A program made the translations under genes and the position numbers. The notes under the pieces are model-generated. The model made no database searches, was not told where the DNA came from, and saw nothing but the letters and a program-made list of their open reading frames with translations. A stretch of 64,000 nt of DNA from Eledone cirrhosa (Eukaryota): assembly GCA_964016885.1 (NCBI GenBank), contig OZ024741.1, positions 333,436,001-333,500,000 on the forward strand. Reading direction: 5' to 3'. Positions 40,682 to 54,154 of this stretch are shown piece by piece (within the stretch, counting starts at the first letter, position 1; every line of letters begins with the position of its first letter).

Positions 40682-43078
40682 ATGCAGCTAAATCTCAGCA
40701 TTTGTTTGTTATATTTACACTATTGTTTGTGTATAGACTTTACATATTATGTGAAAGAAGGAGAACAAGAAGGGACTTACCTTGGAGATATCGCAGTAGA
40801 TATGCATTTATATGACAGTAATTTACTCACTGACCAAAGTAAAGTCACGTTCAGTCAATTTCAACGCAGTGCCACCCAAAATTCTCAGTTATTCAATGTC
40901 ACAAAATCAGGGAAAATATATACTGCACAAACACTGGATAGTGACATACTTTGCTCATATAACCAGGAATGTTTCAAAACTATAAAAATTGCCATTCAAC
41001 AAGCAAAGACATTTATAAAAATATTGAAAGTTCGAGTGGTTATTCAAGATATCAATGACCATCAACCAAAATTTAAAGATGATGAAATTAGCATTCAGTT
41101 TTCTGAAGATGCCAGCATTGGAGTGAAAAGATCAATTCCAAATGCTATCGACAGAGATGTTGGTATCCAAAATTCTCAAATAAGCTACCACCTTGGAAAT
41201 AATATGGACAGTCCATTTGCGTTATCAACATCAAAAAGTGTTGATGGAATATCAGAGCTTTCCATATTCTTAAAAGAAAAATTAGACAGAGAAAAGCAAG
41301 ATGAATATGTTCTTGAGATCATAGCTAAAGATGGTGGGTCACCAGCCAAAGAAAGTGTTTTAATTGTCAAAGTTACAGTTACTGATGTCAATGATAATAC
41401 TCCTATTTTTTCACGAAAGGTTTACAACATCACCACCAAAAACAAGGCAAGTAGAATGATGCCAATCATTACATTAAGAGCAACTGATTTAGATTCAGGT
41501 GATAATGGTAAAGTTTCCTACCATTTCAGTTCAAAGACTGCTGAATCAGCTAAAAGCCATTTCATGTTAAATGAAAGGACAGGTGATATCTACCTGCAGC
41601 AAATTTTCCCTCTTAGGAGTAAATTTGTCAATGAATTGTATGTACGTGCAACTGACAGCGGGAAACCACCTTTGAGCTCAGCTGCTTTGGTTTTTGTAAA
41701 TATTATCAACCAACAAAACAATTATCCAAGTATAGATGTCAATTTTGTATCTCCCCTCAGCGAGAGCTCAGCAGCTATCTCAGAAGACACCAATGTTGGT
41801 AGCTTTATTGCATATGTCATGGTGACTGATAATGATATCGGACTTAATGGTGAGGTGACTTGTGAACTTCACCATGCTAAATTCCAGCTGTTAATGTTGG
41901 GATCAAAGGAATACAAAGTAAATCTCAAAGATTCTGTTGATAGAGAAATCCAAGACCATTATGATATTACCATTTCCTGCCAGGACCAAGGATCTCCTTC
42001 ATTAGAAACTAAAAGAAAGTTTTCTATCCAAGTAATGGACGTCAATGATGTACAACCAAAATTCACTAAATCAACATTCAAATTTTTGACCTATGAAAAT
42101 AAAAAAGCAAATTTTCCAATTGGTTTTATTAATGCTACTGACCCTGACTTAGGACCAGGAGGTCAACTGACCTATTCTCTTTTGACCAATAATAAATACA
42201 ATTTTCCCTTCCAGATCACAAACTATGGATTTATTTCTACAAGGAAATCATTGGATCATGAAAATAAAAACATTTACAAATTCCAGGTTTTTGTCAAAGA
42301 CAATGGCAAACCATCTTTTAATAACACAGCAAATGTTTTCATTGAAGTAATGGATGAGAATGATAATGCTCCATACTTCTCTTTCCCTAGTGTTAACCCC
42401 TTCAGTCTTGATGTACACTATTATCCCAATAAAAAAACTAACATCACAGTTCTGAAAGCCTTTGACAGAGACAGTCGGACAAATGCTTTTCTCAAATATG
42501 AAATACTCAGAGGCAATGACAAACATTTGTTTAGCGTGAATCCTTACACTGGAGTTTTAGCTTTTTCTCGTCCAGTTTACCAAGATGATGTTGGATCTTA
42601 TAATTTACAATTTGTTGTCAAAGACAGTGGATCACCAGTCTTATCTGCAATGACAACGGTGTCTTTGACACTGACTGTCAGTAACAAAACTTCTAGAATT
42701 ATGCCTGCCATAAACAAAAATTTAAGTGAAATGGTCGAAGTAGATTTTGCAATAATAATAGTGCTAGTTGCAATGATTGTATCTATAGCTGTAGTAGTAT
42801 CTATAGCAACATGCATAATACGATGCAACAGAGCGAGAAATGCAGCACAAGGAGGAGGAGGGGTGGAGGTTATGAATCCCTCACTCAATTCACGCAGTGA
42901 ACGAAGACAGTTGATCAACCAAACGGATAGTTCTGTTGTCATTCCCAAAAGTCCCAGTGAAATGAGGAACAGGAATATTCAGTTGGTAGGATTAAGGAGT
43001 CAACTTTATTCTGATGATGTTACTCAGAGTGACTGGAAAACATCGACATTAGCCACAAAGCTCCCAAGTAATAAGCAG
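40682..43078 (+). CDS. Protocadherin, large ectodomain/TM exon (signal peptide, 6 cadherin repeats, TM, start of cytoplasmic tail)
   Basis: 813-aa ORF with cadherin motifs (DINDHQP, DVNDNTP, DVNDVQP, DENDNAP, LDRE, AxDxG, DxDxGxNG), C-x5-C in EC1 (CSYNQEC) and a hydrophobic TM (FAIIIVLVAMIVSIAVVVSIATCII). Acceptor ttttttattttcag| ends at 40654, 27 nt before the ATG. Donor CAG|gtaacc at 43078/43079 falls after codon 799 (phase 0), so the last 14 aa of the ORF track are probably intron read-through. Confidence 0.95.
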
Positions 43079-43478
43079 GTAACCTCTAATAATGCAAACT
43101 TATATCCTTATGATCTTGAGTAAGTCTTTCAAAAGCAGAGGGGGGAGGGGGAAGGGATAAAAGCTTAGCAACTGGTTGTTATTTTTTTAAAAATAAAACA
43201 AAACAAACTTTATTATGGGTAAAAATAACAATAGAATATGTACACATAACTCAATGGGTATTCATTTCTCTCTCTCTCTTTCTCTCTCTCTATATATATA
43301 TACACATATAAATACATATAGAAAATATATATTCATATGCATATACATGAATGTGTATATATATATATTTTTATATATATATACACATACATGTATATAT
43401 GTCAAAACATTAAAACAATCTTTATTAAGGGTAAAAATAACTGCAGAGTATATATGTCAATGCGTGTGTGCGTGTATA

Positions 43479-43517
<39 letters not shown>

Positions 43518-44058
43518 AGATTCAGGACCGCGACGGCTGAGCTACGACTTTTGGACAGTAAATCTGAATTGAGGTTATGGTCTAGCTGGTTTTTACCACA
43601 CCCTATCTGATATATATATATAAAGTATACGGTGCTGAGACAAAAATGACTACAAATCAGGGAAGAAGCAGAGTGGGTAGAGAGAAATGTAAAAACAGGA
43701 CCGTGATGCCTAGTGATTTGGGCTTATATTTAAGAAGCCTTTTCAAAGGTGTATTGACAGAATACCCTTGAAAAAGCTTGCCAAAACTGCTAGGCATTGC
43801 AGTCGAGTTTTTAACTTCCTTCATATATATATATAGTGGTAGAACACTCAGTCCATGGGACGAGTTAGGTAGAAGTGTTTACACAACAGTTAGTTCACCA
43901 TACCGAGTATGATGAACTATCTGTTGTGTAACCACTTCTATATATGTATATATGTATATATATATGTATATATATATATACATATATGTATGAATGAAGT
44001 ATTTCCGTCGGAAAGGTACAGGAAAAATCCATTTTTAATAAAAACACCATGTTATTTA

Positions 44059-44119
44059 TTCATTCTGACGACTGAAGACATACATAACATCTGCCTTCAA
44101 GAAACCACTGGTAAATGAA
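44059..44119 (+). ncRNA. Type I hammerhead, sense to the protocadherin intron
   Basis: UUCAUU-CUGACGA-cUGAAG...CUUCAa-GAAA-CC(ACU)GG-UA|AAUGAA. 6-bp stem I, GUA triplet; C.A mismatch at the base of stem II. Confidence 0.8.
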
Positions 44120-44148
44120 ATAATTATCTTATGTTGTTTATTACATAA

Positions 44149-44207
<59 letters not shown>

Positions 44208-44324
44208 CCAATACTCACTTTAACAACCAAGTTCAATTTGAATGACCTGGCTATAGAATATCTTTAGATAGAATCTATGGGAGTATGAAAAGTTACTATG
44301 TATCAGTTTTATATTAATTTTTAA

Positions 44325-44550
44325 TGTCCTTGTATCACATGAAACCACATTAACAAGACATTCTTGGTAAAAACAAAATAGAACTATGACTGCATCACAT
44401 TAAAAATTAAAAGTCTTTTATAAGTGTACTTTGAAATTTCCCAATGCTCTCGCCACTTGTAAAGATTCTATAAAAATTTGAATTAACAAATTCCTTTTTA
44501 AACATTTTCTGTTAAATCATTAAAGGTTGTTTAGAGTTAAATGAATTATC
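44325..44550. repeat. Interspersed repeat with three copies in the protocadherin intron
   Basis: taatgtcc(t)tgta.cacatgaaaccacatta.caag.cattcttg...gagttaaa recurs at 56447-56660 and, inverted, at about 53390-53575. Confidence 0.7.
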
Positions 44551-44819
44551 TGAATAAAGATATGTGTAAAGGACTTAAGGAAACAATATATTAGTAACTA
44601 AATTCATTTTACAAAACTATTACAGAAACATTTAAAAATGATCTGCTGATATTTTAATATTTCTTTCATGTAATTTATATATATATATATAACATATAAA
44701 TTACATGAAAGAAATATTAAAATATATGGCATATAAATATCTGTACATGAAATTGAATGGTGATAAGTGTGAATGGTTGTTCTGATTGGTAAATGGGGAA
44801 TGGTTATATATGTGTGTAA

Positions 44820-44853
<34 letters not shown>

Positions 44854-44933
44854 ACACACACATACATATAAACTAACACTTAACACACACACACACATAT
44901 ATATATACATATATAATATACACACATATATAA

Positions 44934-45000
<67 letters not shown>

Positions 45001-45210
45001 CGTTTCTGAATTTGTTTAGCAAGATTCTTTATCTGAAAACGTGTGTTGAAACCGATATTGTTATACTTTGGGAGGGTCATGTTGCCAATAAGAAACATAC
45101 GCACCAGTTGCTTTCACTTCAATTTATTATAAATTAAACTTATAAATTTAGGAATTTATAAATTTCCGGTTGGTTGGTTGGTTCCACAACCAAATGATTG
45201 TTCATATATT

Positions 45211-45253
45211 GTCAAAGTTCTTTCGTCACACATTCTGTGACTTCTTCAGTGAC
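45211..45253 (-). ncRNA. Minimal type I hammerhead
   Basis: GUCA-CUGAAGA-A-GUCAC(AGAAUGU)GUGAC-GAAA-G(AA)C-UU|UGAC. Decayed relatives at 54882-54924 (+) and 14372-14409 (+). Confidence 0.82.
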
Positions 45254-45329
45254 TGGGGATTATTTTCTTCTCTTCTTCTCAACTGGTGCGTGTGTTTCTT
45301 ATTGGCAACATGATCCTCCCAAAGTATAA

Positions 45330-45360
<31 letters not shown>

Positions 45361-45370
45361 ATATACACAC

Positions 45371-45418
<48 letters not shown>

Positions 45419-45899
45419 TATATGGATCAATGAAATTAAAAATATATATCTGAATCATCTAGTAATGAAAATAAGATAAGATTTAAGACAGGGTGTCTCC
45501 TAAACACTAACTTTTGTTTCAACCACACATGCACACACATACACACATATTCACTCAACTACACATACACACACACTCTTATACACACAAACATACACAT
45601 ATATATATATATCATGACATATAAAGCAATGATCTCACCATTTTTATGGATCAAAGAACAATTACAATACAATAAACTCATCAATCACTATTTCATTTCA
45701 CTAAAAGGAAAACAAAAAAAATTAAAAAAATGAAAACATTATTCTCTGCAATGACCTGCCATTTCTAAAAAAAAAAAGGAAAAAAAATCTTAAAAGGCAA
45801 TTTTTCACCCAATTTCTAACTAATATTTTTAACAATAAAATTATCATGAAATTTTTTTAAAACATGCTTTATTGAAATATTATTTTTATTATTATTATG

Positions 45900-47100
45900 G
45901 TCTGAGTTCAAATCCCACCGATGGTTAACTTTGCTTTTCATCCTTATGGGGTCGATAAAATAAAGTACCAGTAATGCACTGGGATAATTGCTGGCCTTGT
46001 GCTAAAAGTAGAAACAAATATAATTATTATTAAGGGCAGTGGAATCACAGAATCATCGGTAGATTCTGTAGATTTGCAGCATGTAGTTATGCCTTTCATC
46101 CATACAGGGTCAATAAGAATTACCAGTAATGCACTGCGGTTGATTTAATGAACTTTTCCTCCCCTGGAATTGTCAGCCTTGTGCCTAAATCAGAAACCAT
46201 TATTATTATTATTAAGGTGGTGGATTGGCAGAATTCGTAGAGCATCAGACAATATGCTTTGTAGCATATAGTTACATCCCTTTATGTTCTAAGTTCAAAT
46301 CCCGTCAAGGTTAACTTTGCCTTTCATCCTTATGGGGTCGATAAAATAAAGCATTCTAGTAATGCACCGAAGTCGATTTAATTGACTTTTCCATCATCAA
46401 CACCAAAATTGTTGGCCCTTTACATACTGAGTTCAAATCCCGCCAAAGTTAGCTTTGCCTTTCATCCTTACAGGGTCGATAAAAGAAAGCACTAGAAATG
46501 CACTGGGGTCGATATAATCAAACCCCCCCCCCCCAAATTGCTGGCCTTGTGCCTATAGTAGAAATCATTATTATTATTATAAGGCAGTAGATTGGCAGAA
46601 TTGTTAGAGCGTCAGACAACATTTTTTGCAGCATATAGTTACGTCCCTTTACATTCTGATTTCAAATGCTATCGAAATTAGATTTGTTTTTCGTCCTTGT
46701 GGTGTCGATAAAATAAAGTACTAGTCATGCAATTTAATCGACTTTCCTCTCCCCTCCCAAAAAAATCGCTGACCTTGTGCCTAAATCAGAACCCATTATT
46801 ATTAACGGCATGGGTTAGCAGAATTGGTAGAACATTTGACAAAATGGCACGTGGTATTCAGATACGGTTCATAACGTTCTTTGTTTTAAATCCCACCTAG
46901 GCCAACTTTACCTTTCGTCCTTTTGTTAATTATTGGGGGTTTGATGAAATCAGCTTTTCTCCACTTAACACCCCAAAGTTGCTGTGTTGTGGCAAAATTA
47001 GAGACCATGATCTTAGTGTGGTAGATTGGCAGAGTATTTGTTCCAGCTCTTTACTTTCTGAGTTCAAAACTCACCAATGTTATATTGAGCCTTCCGTCCT
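45900..47100 (+). mobile_element. Head-to-tail array of about 7 SINE family B copies in the protocadherin intron
   Basis: Repeated cores separated by (ATT)n tails, all in the same orientation. Confidence 0.85.
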
Positions 47101-48089
47101 TCTAGGGCTGTGGGGTTAAGATGTTTGTTTCATTACCATAGGGTTCAAGGTTCAATTCTGCAATATAACATTTTGAGCAAGTCTCTTCTAAAGTAGAATG
47201 TAATAAATGGTAATACATTAGAATCAAATGTTTTAACCCTTTCATGAAAGACACTAGTTTTTAAATAGTTTTGAACATAATCAAGAATTTGGAGGGATTT
47301 AGTAAAATAACCAACATTTTCATTATTAAACTGGTGTTTAGGATATAACAACATTTCTTACATAAAGTCATGATGGAAGGGTTTTAGATAAATATAAACA
47401 CTTTAAAATAAACAATTCTGTACCAGGGGTGATTGGAGCACAACTTAAAGGTTCTTTTATAATAAAGTCATGATGGAAGGGCTTCAGATAAATATAAACA
47501 TTTTAAAATAAACAGTTCAGTATCATAGAACCAGAGATGATTTCAGGAAGTTTGGTATCAGATTAAAGAATTTTACATTGTCTCTTTAACTCCTTAGTAC
47601 AAATCCCACTAGGGTTGATTTTATTTTTCCCCATCTTAGGTGTTGATAAAATAAGTACCAGTAATGTAATAGGGATATTTTATACAACCATACATTTTTT
47701 TACTAATATATATATTTTTTTGTATAAAAAATGAGTAGTTATTTTCCCTTTGTACATAACCCATTATTTTTGTGGATGAAATATAATATCAGGTTAATAT
47801 AAAGAGTGGTGCGCTCATGCACAAAGATGCGATAAAATAGCTTATAAAATAGGGTGAAGACGCTTAGATATGGAAAAAGAAGTTGCCATTGGCTGCTACG
47901 AGGAAACAAACCAAGTATTTCCTAGATGGCAACTTCTTTTTCCATCTCTAAGTATCTTCACCCTATTTTATAGCATTTCCGACATTATACTGACAGACAG
48001 ACATTGGGAGTTGTGAAGATCAGGGAGACAGACCTTTGCTGTTTGTATTGTGTATGTTTCCACTTTCATTGGTGTTGAGAAGATCCAAT

Positions 48090-49666
48090 GTTGGTTATAA
48101 ATAGGGAGGATGTGAGTTTAAGATAAATCATCTGCTGTCCATGGATGACCTAAAACTTTATGGGAAATCCTATGAACACATTGATTCCCTGGACATATGA
48201 ATGGAATTTGTCATAAAAAGTGTGGGGTACTACTACTGAAGTGAGGTAGAATTAATAAGATGGATGGAACTGTATTACCAGATGGACAAGTTATGAAGGA
48301 AATTGGCAACAATAGGTATAAGTACTTAAGCATCCTGGAAAGAGACCAAATGAAAGATAAGGAAATGAAAGAGCTATTATCAAAGGAATATTATCAAAGA
48401 GACTGAAATTGGTGTGAAAGACAAAGTTAAGTGATGGGAATAAGATACTGGCTGTCAATACATGGGATGTTGCAGCTCTAAGATATAGTGCTGATGTGAT
48501 AGAGTGGAGTTGTGATGAACTTAAGGAACTTGATAGAAAAACCAGGAAGATGATGACACTACAAGGGGCTCTACACCTCAAAAGTGACAAGGACAGGTTG
48601 TATCTATCACAACAGAGAGGAGAAAGAGGTCTCATTAGCTGTGAAATGTGTGTGAAGTCTGAAGAAAATAATCGGGCATGGTATGTACAGAATTCAAAAG
48701 AGAGATTGACGGCAGGAGTAAAAAATGTCCTAAATAGTGATAAAGCAAAGGAAAAGGGAGAATTTAAACAAGACAGACTGAATAATATCTTGACTAGAGA
48801 GAAGAAAAAAAAAATATATGGTCAATTCTTGTATGAAATGCCTGAGACAGTTGACAAAGATAGGAACTGGAAATAGACTTGGAAAAGTGACTTAAAAGTT
48901 GAAACTGAGGCCCTTATTTTCGCAGCCCAGGAACAGGCACCGAGAACAAACTATATCAAATTCAATATTGACAAGTTAATGAATTCCCCACTTTGTAGGT
49001 TGTGTGGTGAGAAAGGTGAAACAATAAACCACATTATTAGTGAATGTAAGATGTTTGCTCAGAAAGAGTAGAAGAGAAGGCACAACAACATTGCCAGATT
49101 GGTTCATTGGAAGGTCTGTCATAAGTATGACATGAGCAGAAGTGAGAAATGGTATGAGCACCAACTGGGAAGGGGTGCTGAAAACAAACAGTTTAAGATC
49201 TTGTGAGACATAACCATCCAGTGCGACCATTTTATCGTGACTAGAAAGCCTGACATTGTCGTCGTAGAAAAGAATAACAAAACAAGTATTGTGGATATTG
49301 CTTCACCATGGTACTACAAGGTGAATGAGAAGGAACGTGAGAAAGTTGAGAAATACCAGGAGCTGAAGAGGAAAACTAAGGAAAATCAGACACGTAGAAG
49401 CAGTAGTGATTGTGGTTGGTGCCCTGGGAGCAGTTAGTAAAAGGTTAGATGAATGGCTTGAGAAGCTAGGAACTACCACCAGGACAGGATTGTTACAGAA
49501 AACAGCCTTGCTAGGAACAGCAAGGATTCTAAGGAGGGTGTTAGAAAGTTGAAGGAGAAGGAATGGCCCAAAGGACTTTTGGCCATTGGCTATGACTCAT
49601 TCTTTTGGTATAGTGTCGGTATGACATCTGCTAGAGCAAAAGCGTGAAGAATGATGATAATAATAA
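48090..49666 (+). mobile_element. R4/Dong-like RLE LINE, degraded 3' half
   Basis: MDDLKLYGKS (RT), DRKTRKMM...DRLYL, AAQEQ, CCHC knuckle CRLCGEKGETINHIISEC, RKPDIVV...DIASP...EKVEKYQEL (RLE) and LQKTALLGTARILRRVL. Ends in a (TAA)n-like tail. Confidence 0.88.
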
Positions 49667-52600
49667 TATTCCTTTTGTTATGCAGAGTAGATGGAAAATG
49701 CACTGGAGTATTTAGTCACAGCAAGGACCTCTGACAGATTATTATTATTGCAGTGGATTGGCAGTATCGGTAGAGCGTCGGACACCATGCTTTGCAGCAT
49801 TGAGTTACAGCCCTTTATGTTCTGAGTTCAAATCCTGCCAAGGTTAGCTTTGCTTTTCATCCTTATGGGGTCAATAAATAAAGCACCAGTAATGCACTGG
49901 AGTTGATTTAATCAATTTTCCCCTCTCCCAACATTGATGGCCTTGTGCCTAAAGTAGAAGCAATTATTTCTACTACTGTTGTTAGTGAAGAAGATAGAGA
50001 CATTTAACAATTCCTCACCAAGAGAAAGTTATCAGAGTGTTTAATCATTGTTGTTGCCTTTCTTTGTCAATAATTTCACTAATTAGAACTGTAATAACAA
50101 CAACATGTTGTGTTTCTTTACTGGTGTTTGCAAGAATTTTCATTTTCAAATTAGACATCAAGCCTAAATATTGAAATAAAAATAATAACAATATTTCTTG
50201 GTCACTGTCATTGTTAGCTATGTTTAGCAGGGAGTTTCACTGCAGTTTCTGTTGCAATAAACAAATAAGGATAGACTTTTATTCTCTCCAGATAAGGACA
50301 AGTATATGTCAGAGAAGAGAGAGAGGTAAGAGGAGAGCCTATCAAGTTGGCCGGCTGTTGTGAGAGTTTTGGTTAAATGTACTTATTTGAACTAACTCAA
50401 TATAGTTAAGAAACAAATGTGGTATCCTGCTATGTATGAAATAAGTCTTTAGAAAGATACTTCCTGAAGCTGCAGTGTTATGCAGTCAAGATAATGAGGA
50501 AATGACTTGCTGATGATTATTTTCTAGTTCTTTTATAAATTTTACCCCCAAAACAAAAGGTAATTTAGATTCTGGAAAATAGAATTAATAATTTATTTTT
50601 AATTATTGGTTCTAACTGAAGTATAAATTTATGGAACCCTGGGATATTAGAGGAAAAGAGTCATCAAGGACAATGTGGAAACAACAAAGAGGGCATCTAG
50701 ATGGCTCTGGCTGTAAAGAAGTGACCAGTGGGGGTCAGTGGAGTGCTGCTAGGTCAGGAGTTGATGTAAGGTCAATCTCAGTTGGGTCATCTGAATGAGG
50801 GTTTATGTTGTAAGACCCAAAACATCCAGTGGCTCCAGGACACACACAGCAGCGAGGATGTGCCCCAGTATTTGCATCCTTAACTGTATGAATGACTGGC
50901 ACAGGCATAGGCATTGCTGCATAGTTAAGAAATTCTTTTCACAACCATGTAGTTTTAGGTTCAATCCTGCAATATGCCACCCTCGGCAAATACTGTATAT
51001 ACTGGAATATAAGCTGATACAAATGAAAGCACTGCCCCTCCACCATATTTTATGTCTGAGAAATAGGTAAAAATCAGAACCCCATTTATAAGCTGAGGTA
51101 GCTAATTACCACAGTGTTTATATAGGATATAGAAGCCTCCACCCCCACCAATTTTACCATTGATTTTTTGGTCACATATTCCTCAGCTTATATAAGGCAT
51201 CTTCTCAGGTTAACCAATGCCTTAAGTGGGAAATTTGATAGGCAGGGAGTTTGTAAAAGCCTGATGTATATTTATATATGTGTGTGTGTGTGATCAGTTT
51301 ATTTGAATGTAGTTAATTCTAGTTTAATCCTTTAACATTTAAACCAGCCATATCTGGCCAGAATTCTCTCTCCTCTTTCTGTTCAAACTGGCTGTAACTG
51401 GCCATTCGTATTGACATTAAGGTATTGTTTTCAAAATAAATGAAGTCAAAATCTCGTAGATTCGATATTATGTGAGATAATTATGTAAGATAAAGGTTTT
51501 ACCACAAAAATACAATAGTACATATAGAGTCATGTAAATGCTAAAGAGTTAAACTACATTCAACGCTCAAGCAATAGTTTGATTTCTGAGATGAAGAAGC
51601 ATCAACCGAAATGATGATTCTCTAATGTCTGCTTAGTGATGTAGATATGTCTGTTTGTCATTTGTTGATGGCCCATAACTTAGCAGTTCGACAAGAGATC
51701 AATAAAATAAATACCAATCTCATAACTGAAACCACTAATAGAATGCAAAAATATAACATTAGTAACTTATGATTGATCACAAATAAAAACATGATTTGCT
51801 GTAAATAAAATATAATAATTGTTTCTACTTTAGGCACAAGGCCAGCAATTTTGGGGGAGGGGAAAGTCGATTAAATTGACCCCAGTGCATTACTGGAGCT
51901 TTGTTTTATCGACCCTGTATGGGTGAATAGCAAAGCTAACCATGGTGGCATTTGAACTCAGAGTAATAAATTCAAATCTCAGATTTTTTTTAAGCATCTT
52001 ATATCTTATATCTTTTTCTTATTATTATTATTCTTCGCCCTCTTATTCTTGGGAAGGTAAATGGAGCAGAGTTCTCAAACACTCCTTCCAGCAGTTCCTG
52101 ACAGAAGCAACCATCTCCAACTGATATGGCTGGATCCCCAAATGAGACCAGCCAATCTCATGGATATTATCCAGCCATTTTGCTTGGGGTCTGCCCCTGG
52201 ATCACCTGCCAGTTGGTTTTTGCCCATAAAATCTGTCCAGCAATTCTAGCCACATGCCCATAGTATCAGAGCTGTGATCTCTCAATTTGGAGAAGTATTT
52301 GCCCTACCTTGAGTGACTCTCTGATCTCCAGGCTGTACACTCTATCGAGTAACGCTACTCCAGAGACCCTTCAGAGGAATCCCATATAAGTATTTTATAT
52401 TTCAAAGAAAATATATTCAGGTTTTTTTTTGTTTTTTATATACGTTACTGATAGAATTTGTCATTTCAGAAATAGCAGTAATATATTTCAATGATACGAT
52501 CATAAGCATTTTGACACCAAAACTTTAACAAGACTACTTTAAGTGTATGACTTGATGTGGTTATAGAAGGTATTTCTTTTATTTATGGGCTTTCATTGAA

Positions 52601-53150
52601 GTTTGTTACTAATTACCATGGATCTACATATAATAATTAGCCACATCTATTTATTTACTGCCACAGTAATGAGAGAAAAAGGGAGTAGAAGTGTGAGGTT
52701 GTCAAAGGATAAATAGAGATTGAGAGAGATGATGAAGGAACATGACAAGTGGAGAGATGCTGTACTAAAAAGGCCTTGTCCAACTCATGCTAGGGTGGAT
52801 ATAAAAACAATGATAATAATTGTTTCTACTTTAGGCACAAGGCCAGCAATAATTCAGTGCATTACTGGTACTTTATTTTATCGACAATGATAATAATGAT
52901 GAATGAATAATAGTAGGAAAAGTAAAATAAAAGTGGGTGAAAGGATAAGGTGTTTATCTGTCATGCATGATTAGAATAGGAAAGTGGAGAAAGGGAGAAA
53001 GGTGTGTGAGATTCGAAGAATTCAAATGAAAGTGGGTTCTAGCAAAACATATATATCCAAGTGGCAGGAGTCACTGACAGAAAATACAGCTGTACAGTAA
53101 TTTATAATTGATACAGGATAACATGATTTATCTCCCTTACACACGCACTT

Positions 53151-53151
<1 letters not shown>

Positions 53152-53241
<90 letters not shown>
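53152..53241. repeat. (CT)n microsatellite
   Basis: About 45 perfect CT units. Confidence 0.98.
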
Positions 53242-53244
<3 letters not shown>

Positions 53245-54101
53245 ACACACACACGGATTGACTATTGTATTTTGTTTGCAATATTTATTTAAACATTTAT
53301 ACTTTAGAAAATATGACATATACTACTGTCTATACGTATTTACAGCACACATTATTGCAAAACAAAACTTCTTGATACATTCTTAACATTCTGTAAGGAT
53401 TCAGCAGAAAATGATTAAAAATAGGTCTATAAACTCAAATGATTTTAGCATTTTTACTAGAGGACAAATTGTTGTGAAAATTTGCAAAGACTTTCATTTT
53501 TAAAGTGTTGCAATCATAGTGTTCTTTTGTACTTTTCCAGAATGTCTTGCTAATACAGTTGTATGCAGTATAGGGTAAAAGTTATTAAAATTGTCATCAT
53601 CTTTTTGACAACACTATTAATGCATATAATTCATAAACTGTAGATGTTACATCGGTCTGTCTAAACATAATTCTCTAAGTAATCACAATCATCTCAGAAT
53701 ATCTAGCCCTTTCTTATAAAATTGATCATTTAGTACCAGGTTATACGTGTCTGTGTGTATATATATATATATTTATGAAATACATGCATACACACATAAA
53801 TTTGGTCCTGAAAGTCAACCGTCACCGAAATATTCGTAAATTGAAACTATTTTTCACATACTTTATATTGAAAGAGAAATAGAGTGAGAAAGAGACTGTG
53901 TGTGTGAAAGACATAGATATCACCATGGTAACTAACTGCACATCAAGTGATGCTTTTCTGCAGATATTCCCAGCTTGTCATCAACCGTTATTGCCAGCGT
54001 GCATGTTCATTACTTGAGACACTGTTCGTGAACAAAGATTTTTATGTTCGAAAAAATTGTTCATGAAACGAGGCATTCATGAACTGAGGTTGCATTGTGT
54101 A

Positions 54102-54154
<53 letters not shown>

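Noticed and set aside
41185-42948. Antisense ORFs inside the protocadherin exon
   Set aside because: These are shadow frames of the real CDS with no recognisable motifs.
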